Origin: an uncultured Muribaculaceae bacterium
GTDB taxonomy: Bacteria > Pseudomonadota > Alphaproteobacteria > Rs-D84
Direction: 5' to 3'
Assembly (NCBI GenBank): GCA_965231035.1
Contig: OZ246409.1
Coordinates: 661,101 to 693,100, forward strand
Length of the DNA: 32,000 nucleotides
Of this stretch, positions 16,201 to 24,734 are shown piece after piece (the stretch's first letter is position 1; each line of letters opens with the position of its first letter). The notes under the pieces were generated by a model. It had not been told where the DNA came from and ran no database searches. It saw nothing but the letters and a program-made list of their open reading frames with translations. The position numbers and the translations under genes were made by a program.

Positions 16201-17408
16201 ATCGTGATCGCGAAGAAGAAATTGCAATTATCGAAAAAGGATTTGCTGATCAAGTTTATCAGATTGCTGATGGTGCAGTGATTGACAATGGAACAGGCAG
16301 TTTGAAACCTTTCATTGGTAAAAAACTGACAGAAGAAGTTTTTGAAGGTATACGTCCATCTGATATAAAAAAGATTGTTGTTCGCAACAAAGAAGCGCAG
16401 ACAAGAATTGATGAACTGCGTGAACAGCATATAATTGCTTTGAAACTTTTGAATGAAAAAGCAGATGCCGAAATTGCAAAAGCAACAGAAAGTAATTCTT
16501 TGAATGCAGGTGTATTAAAAGAAGTAAAAGTTTACATCGCACACAAAATGAAATTACAGCCTGGTGATAAAATGGCAGGTCGTCACGGAAACAAGGGTAT
16601 CGTATCCAAAGTTGTTCCAATCGAAGATATGCCACATTTGGAAGATGGAACACCAGTTGATATTGTTCTGAATCCTTTGGGTGTGCCATCTCGTATGAAT
16701 ATTGGTCAGATCTTGGAAACTCACCTTGGTATGGCTGCACGTTCTTTGGGACATCAGATTGGTGATGTTTTGGAAGAAGTAAAACAGAAACGTGCTGTCA
16801 CAGATGATTTACGTAACATTATGGGTAAAATCTATGGCAAAGAAGTATCTGAAAAATTAGAAAAAATGACAGATACAGATGTCAGAACCCAGGCATCATT
16901 GTTACGTGATGGTGTTCCAATGGCGACACCAACATTTGACGGTGCAACACCAGAAGATATTAAAAAGATGCTGAAATTGGCAAAGTTGCCAGAAACTGGT
17001 CAGTTCACTTTGTATGATGGTATGACCGGTGAACCGTTCGCACGTCCTGTTACAGTAGGCGTAATGTATATGTTGAAATTGCATCACTTTGTTGATGAAA
17101 AAATACACGCCAGATCTGTTGGTAACTATTCTTTGGTTACACAACAGCCGTTGTCAGGTAAGGCACATAACGGTGGTCAAAGATTAGGAGAAATGGAAGT
17201 TTGGGCATTGGAAGCACATGGCGCAGCACACCTGTTGCGTGAAATGCTGACAGTAAAATCAGACGACATTGCAGGCAGAAATAAAATGTATGAATCTATT
17301 ATTTCCGGCAGCAATGATATCCAAACCGGTACACCAGAAGCGTTCAACGTATTTGTTCGCGAATTGCGTGGATTAGGTTTAGCCATGACACCAAAAAAAA
17401 TTGACTAA
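13278..17408 (+). CDS. rpoB: DNA-directed RNA polymerase subunit beta
   Basis: 1376 aa with conserved blocks throughout (for example [86 protein letters not shown]). Confidence 0.99.
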   Translation: [1376 protein letters not shown]

Positions 17409-17425
17409 GTAAAATATAAAAAAAA

Positions 17426-17443
17426 CTTGGGGGCAACCCCAAG
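17426..17443 (+). other. GNRA-capped RNA hairpin in the rpoB-rpoC spacer
   Basis: cttgggg-GCAA-ccccaag: a perfect 7-bp stem with a GCAA tetraloop and no U-run after it. This looks more like a processing or stability element than a terminator. Confidence 0.4.
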
Positions 17444-17477
17444 GAATTATAAAGAGATAAAACCAAAGGAACAATGA

Positions 17478-20400
17478 ATGACCAATATGTTGCAGAAGAT
17501 ATTTGGACAAATTGAAACCAAGGAACAATTCGATGCCTTGCGTATAACTATTGCATCACCAGAAGAAATTCTTTCTTGGTCCCATGGCGAAGTAAAGAAA
17601 CCAGAAACTATAAACTATCACTCTTTAAAACCAGAATCTGATGGATTATTTTGCCAACAAATCTTTGGTCCAATCAAAGACTATGAATGCGCTTGTGGTA
17701 AATACAAACGTATCAAGTTCCGTGGTGTTGTCTGCGAACGTTGCGGTGTAGAAGTTGGATCCGCATCTGTTCGTCGTGAACGTATGGGGCATATTAAATT
17801 GGCTATGCCGGTATCTCATACTTGGTTTATGCGTGAAGGTAAAATTGCAACATTGTTGAACAATTTGCCACAAAAGAAATTAGAACAAGTTATTTACTAT
17901 GATGCTTATATCGTAACAGAACCTGGTTTGACCAGTTTGAAATTGTACGATGTTATCAGCGAAGATGAATATCAATCTGCTGTTGAAGAATTTGGTGCAG
18001 ATTCATTCCATGTTGGTATTGGTGCAGAAGGTGTTCGCAACATTATTTCAAATATGGATATGGGCGATATGCGCACACAATTACGTGCCGAATTGTCCGA
18101 GACAAAATCCGAAGCAAAGCGCAAAGGTATTATCAAACAGTTGAAATTGGTTGAATCATTCTTGGATTCTAAAACAGATCCAGCATGGATGTTGCCAGAT
18201 GTTTTGCCAGTTATCCCACCAGATATGCGTCCATTAGTTACATTGGATGCGGGCCATGTTGCTGCTTCTGATTTGAACGATTTGTATCGTCGCGTAATTA
18301 TTCGTAACAATCGTTTAAAGAAATTTATTGATATGCATGCACCTGAAATCATTGTTCGTAATGAAAAACGCATGTTGCAAGAAGCTGTTGATTCATTGTT
18401 CGACAATGGACACAAAGCGCGTCCAATGGTTTCACAAAATCGTCGTCCATTGAAATCTTTGTCAGATTCTTTGCGTGGTAAATCTGGACGTTTCCGTATG
18501 AATATGTTGGGAAAGCGTGTAGATTATTCAGGTCGTAGCGTTATCGTATCTGGACCAACTTTGAAATTACATCAGGTTGGGTTGCCAAAGATGATGGCTT
18601 TGGAATTATTTAAACCATTTGTATTTGCACGTCTGCTGGCTGGGGAATATGCAAACACATTAAAGACTGCTCGTAAGATGGTTGAAAATGGTGAAGAAAT
18701 CGTTTGGGAAATTTTGGAAAAGGTTATTTACCAACACCCTGTATTGTTGAACCGTGCACCAACTTTGCACAGATTGTCTATGTTGGCGTTTGAACCAATT
18801 TTGATTGAAGGTAAAGCAATCCGTTTGCACCCATTGGTATGTAAGGGATTCAACGCTGACTTTGACGGTGACCAGATGTCTGTTCACGTTCCAATTTCAT
18901 TGGAAGCCCAGTTAGAAGCACGTACTTTGATGCTGTCTTCTAATAACGTTTTGTCACCTGCAAACGGTGAACCAATGATTGTTCCAACACAGGACATGGT
19001 TTTGGGTGTTTACTATATTTCATTGATAAATGGTGAACATACTGAAAAATCACCACGTTTTGCAAATATGGATGAAATCAAATTGGCATTGGATAACAAA
19101 ACAATAAAGTTGCATACACCAATCGTTGCACGTGTTAACGGTAAAAGATATAACACAACCGCTGGTCGTATGATGTTGGGAGAATTGCTACCAAAATGTG
19201 AAAGCATGCCGTTTGATTTGGTTAACAAAGTTATGCCAGCTGGGGAAATTAAAGCTTTACTTTCCATAACATATGAACGTTGTGGTGACAAAGATATGAT
19301 TATATTGGCGGATAACTTGAAAAATACAGGTTTTGAACAAGCTGCAAAATCTGGAATTTCTATCGGATTTGAAGATATTGTTATTCCTGCTGAAAAACAA
19401 GCAATGGTTGAAAAGGCTGAAAAAGCGGCTGGAGAAATTGAAGAACAATATCAAAACGGTTTGATATCACATGGTGAAAGATATAACAAACTGATAGATA
19501 TGTGGCAAAAGACAACTGATAAAATCGGTGAACTGGCTTTCCAAGGATTACGTAAAACAACAGGTGATAATTGGAATTCGATTATCATGATGGCTGACAG
19601 TAAGGCACGTGGTTCCAAAGAACAGATACGTCAGGTTGCAGGTATGCGTGGTATGATGGCAAAACCAGACGGTTCTATTATTGAAGTTCCAATTATATCA
19701 AACTTTAAAGAAGGTTTGACAATGGCCGAGTACTTTACTTCAACACACGGTGCACGTAAAGGTTTGTCAGATACAGCTTTAAAAACTGCTGACGCTGGAT
19801 ATTTGACACGTCGCTTGGTTGAATTGGCACAAAATACTATTATCACAGAACATGACTGTGGAACAAAAGAATATGTAACTGTAAAACCAATTTACCAGGG
19901 AAGTACTTTGTCAGTTGCTTTGGGTGATTTGATTTTAGGACGTACAGCTGCACAAGATATCGTTCATCCAATTACAAAAGAAGTAATTGTAGCAGAAGGT
20001 GAATTAGTTACCAAGGCAGCAGCAAAAAAGATAAACGATTCTGGGTTACCAAAAATTAATGTTCGAAGTGTTTTGACATGTAAATCAGATGGTTTGTGTG
20101 CAAAATGCTATGGTATGGATTTGTCACGCAGTTCGCTGGTTCATGTTGGTGAAGCTGTTGGTGTTATCGCAGGTCAGTCAATTGGTGAACCTGGAACTCA
20201 GCTTACATTGCGTACCTTCCACGTTGGTGGTATTGCTTCTGGTGGTGCAGACAGTCACTTTATCGAAGTTCCAGTTGCGGGTACTGTGAAGTTGGACAAT
20301 GTATGCTTTATTAAAAATTCGGCTGATCGTGTAGTTGTATTATCTCGTAACAGCGATGTATCCATTGTTAACAAGAAGGGTGAAAAACTGTTTAGCCAAA

Positions 20401-21587
20401 AGTTGCCTTATGCATCTATGTTAATCGTAAATGATGGTGACACAGTTGAAAAGGGTGCAAAGATTGCTGAATGGGATCCATACTCAAATACAATCATTGC
20501 TGAAAAAGCTGGTGTTGTTAAGTTTAATGACTTGATTGAAAACGTTTCATACATAGAAGAAGTTGATTCTATGACTGGTATCGTTTCACGCAAGGTTACA
20601 AACTGGAAAACATCAACCAAGAAAGCTTTGAAACCATCGATTACTTTGGTTGATGAAAAGGGTGAAATTGTTTCTTTGGGCGGCAAAAAAATTGCAGAAT
20701 ATTTGTTACCAATTTATTCTATATTGAATGTTGCAGACGGGGACAAAATTTCCGCAGGCGATATTTTGGCACGTATACCTGTTCAGGCTAAACGTACGGG
20801 CGATATTACAGGTGGCTTGCCACGTGTTAATGAATTGCTGGAAGTTCGCCGTCCATCAAATCCTGCATTATTAGCAGAAATTGACGGAACAGTCGAACTG
20901 GAAGATGCAAAATTGAAAATAATTATTCGTATTGAACCAGAAGACGGTACACAACCTGTTGAATATGCTGTTCCAAAGGGAACCAACCTGTTGGTTCGCA
21001 GTGGTGATGTTGTAAAGAAAGCTGAAAAGTTGGTTGACGGTGATTATGTTCCACAAGATATTTTGCGTATCTTGGGTCAGAAAGCTTTGGCAACGTTTAT
21101 GGTTGAACAGATTCAACAAGTTTATCGTTTACAAGGTGTGCCAATCAATGATAAACATATCGAAATTCTGATACGTGAAATGACACGTCGTGTTGAAATC
21201 ACAAACCCAGGTGATACAGGATTCTTAATGGGTCAGGTTGTTGATCGTATTGATTTTGAAGAAGAAAATGAACGCGTTATAAAAGAAAGTGGTCGTGTTG
21301 CCGAAGCAAGTCAAGTCTTGGTCGGTTTGACACGTGCATCTTTGACCAGTCGTTCGTTTATATCAAATGCTTCGTTCCAACAAACAACAAAAGTGTTGGT
21401 TGACGCTGCAATCAATGGTGCAACAGATAAATTGGTCGGTATTAACGAAAACCTTATCGTTGGAAGATTAATACCAATTGGAACTGGCAGCTATGTTCAA
21501 CGTGTTCGCGAAATTGCCAAAGAGGAAGAAAAATCCGAAAAATTGGCACGCGATGGTGGTGATCAACAGCAGCTGTTGAATATATAA
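17478..21587 (+). CDS. rpoC: DNA-directed RNA polymerase subunit beta'
   Basis: 1369 aa with a zinc-binding motif (CACGKYKRIKFRGVVCERCGVEV), the catalytic NADFDGDQM, and trigger-loop/bridge-helix regions. Confidence 0.99.
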   Translation: MTNMLQKIFGQIETKEQFDALRITIASPEEILSWSHGEVKKPETINYHSLKPESDGLFCQQIFGPIKDYECACGKYKRIKFRGVVCERCGVEVGSASVRRERMGHIKLAMPVSHTWFMREGKIATLLNNLPQKKLEQVIYYDAYIVTEPGLTSLKLYDVISEDEYQSAVEEFGADSFHVGIGAEGVRNIISNMDMGDMRTQLRAELSETKSEAKRKGIIKQLKLVESFLDSKTDPAWMLPDVLPVIPPDMRPLVTLDAGHVAASDLNDLYRRVIIRNNRLKKFIDMHAPEIIVRNEKRMLQEAVDSLFDNGHKARPMVSQNRRPLKSLSDSLRGKSGRFRMNMLGKRVDYSGRSVIVSGPTLKLHQVGLPKMMALELFKPFVFARLLAGEYANTLKTARKMVENGEEIVWEILEKVIYQHPVLLNRAPTLHRLSMLAFEPILIEGKAIRLHPLVCKGFNADFDGDQMSVHVPISLEAQLEARTLMLSSNNVLSPANGEPMIVPTQDMVLGVYYISLINGEHTEKSPRFANMDEIKLALDNKTIKLHTPIVARVNGKRYNTTAGRMMLGELLPKCESMPFDLVNKVMPAGEIKALLSITYERCGDKDMIILADNLKNTGFEQAAKSGISIGFEDIVIPAEKQAMVEKAEKAAGEIEEQYQNGLISHGERYNKLIDMWQKTTDKIGELAFQGLRKTTGDNWNSIIMMADSKARGSKEQIRQVAGMRGMMAKPDGSIIEVPIISNFKEGLTMAEYFTSTHGARKGLSDTALKTADAGYLTRRLVELAQNTIITEHDCGTKEYVTVKPIYQGSTLSVALGDLILGRTAAQDIVHPITKEVIVAEGELVTKAAAKKINDSGLPKINVRSVLTCKSDGLCAKCYGMDLSRSSLVHVGEAVGVIAGQSIGEPGTQLTLRTFHVGGIASGGADSHFIEVPVAGTVKLDNVCFIKNSADRVVVLSRNSDVSIVNKKGEKLFSQKLPYASMLIVNDGDTVEKGAKIAEWDPYSNTIIAEKAGVVKFNDLIENVSYIEEVDSMTGIVSRKVTNWKTSTKKALKPSITLVDEKGEIVSLGGKKIAEYLLPIYSILNVADGDKISAGDILARIPVQAKRTGDITGGLPRVNELLEVRRPSNPALLAEIDGTVELEDAKLKIIIRIEPEDGTQPVEYAVPKGTNLLVRSGDVVKKAEKLVDGDYVPQDILRILGQKALATFMVEQIQQVYRLQGVPINDKHIEILIREMTRRVEITNPGDTGFLMGQVVDRIDFEEENERVIKESGRVAEASQVLVGLTRASLTSRSFISNASFQQTTKVLVDAAINGATDKLVGINENLIVGRLIPIGTGSYVQRVREIAKEEEKSEKLARDGGDQQQLLNI

Positions 21588-21593
21588 ACAATT

Positions 21594-21636
21594 AACAGGT
21601 AGCATCAGGAGATATCTCTTTTTGTTACCTGTTTTG
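21594..21636 (+). terminator. putative terminator region after rpoC
   Basis: Outer stem aacaggta/tacctgtt (21594-21601 / 21626-21633) encloses an inner hairpin around the palindrome gagatatctc, followed by T5. A T-run follows the outer stem. Confidence 0.5.
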
Positions 21637-21649
21637 TTAGTTATAGACA

Positions 21650-22054
21650 ATGAAAGAAATTCCAGCTATTTATTGCGATATTGATGGTGTTCTGAACAAA
21701 AAGTACGCTATTGCAGGTACAAACTATGATAGGTTTGGTGCAACAAATGAAAATATGGTTCGTGTAATAAATGCGCTGGGAACTGATTTTACAATTGTTT
21801 TTATAACTGGACGTTGGTCAATGGGTCAAGGAAGAGTTGAAAAACATATTGACGATTTGTTGCCTGGCATAAACAAGAAAGTTTTTTGTAAGTCCAAAGA
21901 TTATCCGGGAACAACAGCCGAATATAAAATTGGAATTATAAAAGAATTGGAAAAGAAGGGATATAAATTTTACTTTGGTCTGGATGATCATAGTTCAGTT
22001 ATAGGTTTTATGCACAATCATGGAATGTTTGTTGCACAAGTTATAGCCGATTAA
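21650..22054 (+). CDS. small capless HAD-superfamily phosphatase-like protein
   Basis: 134 aa. HAD motif I is CDIDGVLN (DxDxV), motif II is VFITGR, and motif IV-like is FGLDDHSS. It resembles stand-alone polynucleotide 3'-phosphatase or nucleotidase-type HAD domains. No obvious SD. Confidence 0.6.
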   Translation: MKEIPAIYCDIDGVLNKKYAIAGTNYDRFGATNENMVRVINALGTDFTIVFITGRWSMGQGRVEKHIDDLLPGINKKVFCKSKDYPGTTAEYKIGIIKELEKKGYKFYFGLDDHSSVIGFMHNHGMFVAQVIAD

Positions 22055-22062
22055 AATTTATC

Positions 22063-22090
22063 TTGAAAATTTAGGTATTTTTAATAAAAT
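22063..22090 (+). promoter_or_regulatory. putative sigma70 promoter for rpmF-plsX
   Basis: TTGAAA (22063-22068), 16 nt, TAAAAT (22085-22090), 30 nt upstream of the rpmF ATG. Confidence 0.3.
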
Positions 22091-22120
22091 AAACAAATGT
22101 AAAAAATAAAAGGATTTAAA

Positions 22121-22270
22121 ATGGCAGTGCCAAAAAGTAAAACTAGTAAAGCCAGATCAAAACAACGTCGTGCTCATGACGCTTTGCCTGTAATGCCGTC
22201 CAGCGTTTGCAAGAAATGTGGCGAAAAGAAACGTCCACATCACGTTTGTCTTGCCTGTGGAACAAAATAA
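22121..22270 (+). CDS. rpmF: 50S ribosomal protein L32
   Basis: Not in the ORF track because it is under 60 aa. It translates to MAVPKSKTSKARSKQRRAHDAL...CKKCGEKKRPHHVCLACG, the typical L32 N-terminus plus a CxxC...CxxC zinc ribbon. SD is AAAGGA. It lies upstream of plsX, as is usual. Confidence 0.93.
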   Translation: MAVPKSKTSKARSKQRRAHDALPVMPSSVCKKCGEKKRPHHVCLACGTK

Positions 22271-22284
22271 TAGGATATAAACAG

Positions 22285-22311
22285 AATAGGGCAATAACTT
22301 TTTGCCCTATT
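22285..22311 (+). terminator. hairpin (possible attenuator) between rpmF and plsX
   Basis: aatagggca / tgccctatt: a perfect 9-bp stem with a 9-nt loop, followed by atgTTTTcTcTT. Confidence 0.4.
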
Positions 22312-22326
22312 ATGTTTTCTCTTGCT

Positions 22327-23403
22327 ATGCCCGAAATAAAAAAAATTATTTCTATTGATGCAATGGGTGGCGATAAAGCCCCACTGGCTGTGTTGGGTGG
22401 TATGAACCAGTTCTTGTTTCAGAATGGCGAGAACAGTGTCCATTTCAGAATATTTGGTGATGAAAAAATTTTACGCGTGTTATTAACCAAATATCCACGT
22501 GTGGGTCGTAATAGCGAAATTATAAATGCTCCTGAAAAAATAAAATCAAATGATAAAGTTCGAGATGTGATTCGTCGTGCAAATGACACTTCGATGTACA
22601 TGGCAATCAAAGATGTTCGCGAAGGTAATTCTTCTGCGGTTGTAAGTGCTGGGAATACTGGTGTTTTAATGGCTTTATCAAAATTGGCATTAAAGACGAT
22701 TGATGGAATATCACGTCCAGCAATTACAACAATGTTGCCATCTGGTGGTGGTGATAAACGTGTTGTGATTTTGGATTTGGGTGCCAATGTTCAATGTGAT
22801 GAAGAAAATCTTTTTGACTTTGCATTGTTGGGAAGTGTATATGCCGAAGTTATGGGAAAAATGAAATATCCAAAATTGGGCATATTAAATATTGGTGAAG
22901 AAGAAACCAAGGGAAATGAGACACTTCAAAAATTGAATAAAGTTTTATCCGAAAATAAAGAAAATCTGCCTTATGAATATATTGGTTTTGTCGAGGGTAC
23001 AGATATCAGTGGCGGAAATGTCCAAGTTGTTGTTACAGACGGATTTACTGGAAATATTGTTTTGAAAACTGTCGAAGGTACAGCCAAATTGATCAAGCGT
23101 GTTATTATGGATAACTTGAAAAAATCTATTTTGGCAATTATTGGTGCATTCTTTTTGGTTCATGTTTTCAAAAGATTAAAAAATAAAATTGACCCCAGAG
23201 CTTATGCTGGTGCCGTTTTCTTGGGTCTTAACGGATTTGCTGTTAAGACACATGGAAACAGTGATGCTTTGGCTTTTGCAAATGCTATTAAGTATGCAGC
23301 CGATTTGACCGAGGCTGATTTTAACGAACAAATAGAAACCAGAATTATGAAAGTTTCCAAGATAAAAGAAAAATTAAAAGAATTGGAAAACCAACAAAAT
23401 TAA
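22327..23403 (+). CDS. plsX: phosphate acyltransferase PlsX
   Basis: MPEIKKIISIDAMGGDKAPLAVL... carries the PlsX DAMGGD motif at the usual distance from the N-terminus. GNTG and TDGFTGNIVLKT motifs are present. The ORF-track start at 22207 overlaps rpmF and is rejected. ATG 22312 remains an alternative. Confidence 0.93.
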   Translation: MPEIKKIISIDAMGGDKAPLAVLGGMNQFLFQNGENSVHFRIFGDEKILRVLLTKYPRVGRNSEIINAPEKIKSNDKVRDVIRRANDTSMYMAIKDVREGNSSAVVSAGNTGVLMALSKLALKTIDGISRPAITTMLPSGGGDKRVVILDLGANVQCDEENLFDFALLGSVYAEVMGKMKYPKLGILNIGEEETKGNETLQKLNKVLSENKENLPYEYIGFVEGTDISGGNVQVVVTDGFTGNIVLKTVEGTAKLIKRVIMDNLKKSILAIIGAFFLVHVFKRLKNKIDPRAYAGAVFLGLNGFAVKTHGNSDALAFANAIKYAADLTEADFNEQIETRIMKVSKIKEKLKELENQQN

Positions 23404-23429
23404 AAAAACCGTCCATGTGGCGGTTTTTT
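23403..23429 (+). terminator. rho-independent terminator after plsX
   Basis: A7-ccgtc-catgt-ggcgg-T6 hairpin, starting within the plsX stop codon. Confidence 0.65.
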
Positions 23430-23440
23430 AATCAAAATAA

Positions 23441-23468
23441 AAACACCGGTAATAAATCACCGGTGTTT
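23441..23468 (-). terminator. rho-independent terminator for the 111-aa minus-strand gene
   Basis: aaacaccggt / accggtgttt: a perfect 10-bp stem with an 8-nt loop. On the minus strand it is followed by TTTTTATTTT. A second small hairpin ttccgg-acaa-ccggaa lies between it and the stop codon. Confidence 0.65.
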
Positions 23469-23508
23469 CTCCCTTCCTTCCGGACAACCGGAAACTTGGT
23501 ATGCTTAT

Positions 23509-23844
23509 TTAAGCAGCCATGGCAACTTTTTCTGATACTTTGACTTCTGAAGATTCCATAATTTTCTTTGCTTCGGAAAAAACCATTTCCTTTACACGCA
23601 ATGCCAAAGCTTTTGTTTCCAAGCTTTCAGCAGCAACTTCAAAGCTGTCTGTGCGAATTTGTAATGATACATAGGCGCCAACCAAGGATGCACGTGGCAA
23701 ATCTTCTATGGATCTTGGAGAATTGTTTTGTCCGATATGTAATTCATCGCTGAGTGATATAATTTGACGATCTTCATTTACCCAAACAGTAGTAGTCAGA
23801 ACTTTATTAAGTGCGACCATTATTTCTTTTATGTTTTTTTGCAT
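23509..23844 (-). CDS. hypothetical protein (111 aa, acidic, predicted mixed alpha/beta, no family recognised)
   Basis: ATG is preceded by GGGAGAAAAGG. The gene has its own terminator and is transcribed divergently from mraZ. No signal peptide or TM. Confidence 0.65.
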   Translation of the reverse strand: MQKNIKEIMVALNKVLTTTVWVNEDRQIISLSDELHIGQNNSPRSIEDLPRASLVGAYVSLQIRTDSFEVAAESLETKALALRVKEMVFSEAKKIMESSEVKVSEKVAMAA

Positions 23845-24128
23845 CCTTTTCTCCCATTGGTTTTAAGGTTTTTTGAAAATTTGAATCAGATTTTGTATTT
23901 ACAAAATTTAAAATCAAATTTTATTTTTGTTTTTTATTTTCCCCAGAATTCTGCTTTTTGTGCGGTTTTCTGCGGTTTTTTGAATTACCTTCCTTGTCTA
24001 TACACGAATCATAGAACAAAAACGAATCGGTCGTCAAGTAAAAATTTATTTTATTTGAATTTTATTATAATTTATTTATAAAAACAGCTTTAAACCATAA
24101 AATACCATAAAATAATTATATGTTGTCA

Positions 24129-24157
24129 TTGACAATAATAAAAACACGTGCTAAATT
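24129..24157 (+). promoter_or_regulatory. putative sigma70 promoter for mraZ with an overlapping palindromic operator-like site
   Basis: TTGACA (24129-24134), 17 nt, TAAATT (24152-24157). The -35 is embedded in the 13-nt palindrome ttgtca-t-tgacaa (24123-24135). Confidence 0.45.
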
Positions 24158-24210
24158 TGCACCTGAACGAGGGGATTCTGGGAAATCTCGGTAGAATAAG
24201 GAAAAAATAA

Positions 24211-24666
24211 ATGTCTTTATTTCTTTCATCTTATGAAAATCGCTTGGATACAAAGGGGCGTATTTCTGTCCCAGCATCCTTTCGTTTCACAGTTGTATCA
24301 GAATCATTTCCAGGTGTAGTTCTTTTCAGGTCTTTTACAAATAAATGCATCGAAGGGCTTTCTATGTCCCGTATGGAAAAGCTGGCGTCGGCTACGGATC
24401 AAATGGGTGTTTTTGACAGTGAATTGGACGATTTGTCGGCTTTGTTATTTGCTGATGCGCGTCCTTTGCAGTTTGATGTTACTGGCAGAATTGTTATCCC
24501 AGAAGATTTATTAAAACACGCTGGTATAAAAGATTCTGCGGTTTTTGTTGGTCGTGGTAACAGTTTTCAAATTTGGAATCCATCATCATTCAAAGAAACC
24601 CAAAATAAATCTATGGACAATTTACATAAACTGCGTCCCAGTTTGAAAATACCTTCGGTAAATTAA
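24211..24666 (+). CDS. mraZ: transcriptional regulator MraZ
   Basis: 151 aa with the two diagnostic DxxxR-type repeats (LDTKGRISVPASFR and DVTGRIVIPEDLLKHAGI), plus VFVGRGNSFQIWNPSSF. SD is AAGGA. Confidence 0.9.
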   Translation: MSLFLSSYENRLDTKGRISVPASFRFTVVSESFPGVVLFRSFTNKCIEGLSMSRMEKLASATDQMGVFDSELDDLSALLFADARPLQFDVTGRIVIPEDLLKHAGIKDSAVFVGRGNSFQIWNPSSFKETQNKSMDNLHKLRPSLKIPSVN

Positions 24667-24683
24667 TTGATTTTTATATAATT

Positions 24684-24711
24684 AAAAACCGTGCAATTTG
24701 CACGGTTTTTT
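24684..24711. terminator. bidirectional terminator between mraZ and the convergent 662-aa gene
   Basis: A5-ccgtgc-aattt-gcacgg-T6. Confidence 0.7.
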
Positions 24712-24734
24712 AGTTAATATTTTAAATGTTCAAA

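Noticed and set aside
13550-21119. Numerous 60-150-aa ORFs on both strands inside rpoB and rpoC.
   Set aside because: All lie within uninterrupted, highly conserved RNA polymerase coding sequence. They are antisense or off-frame shadows.
22207-22326. N-terminal extension of plsX in the ORF track (start 22207).
   Set aside because: It overlaps the rpmF coding sequence and a 9-bp hairpin. PlsX proteins start about 10 residues before DAMGGD, which fits the ATG at 22327.
23764-24081. 105-aa plus-strand ORF rich in Phe/Leu/Tyr/Asn in the mraZ upstream region.
   Set aside because: It is a low-complexity translation of AT-rich intergenic DNA. It overlaps the start of the well-supported 111-aa minus gene and has no SD.
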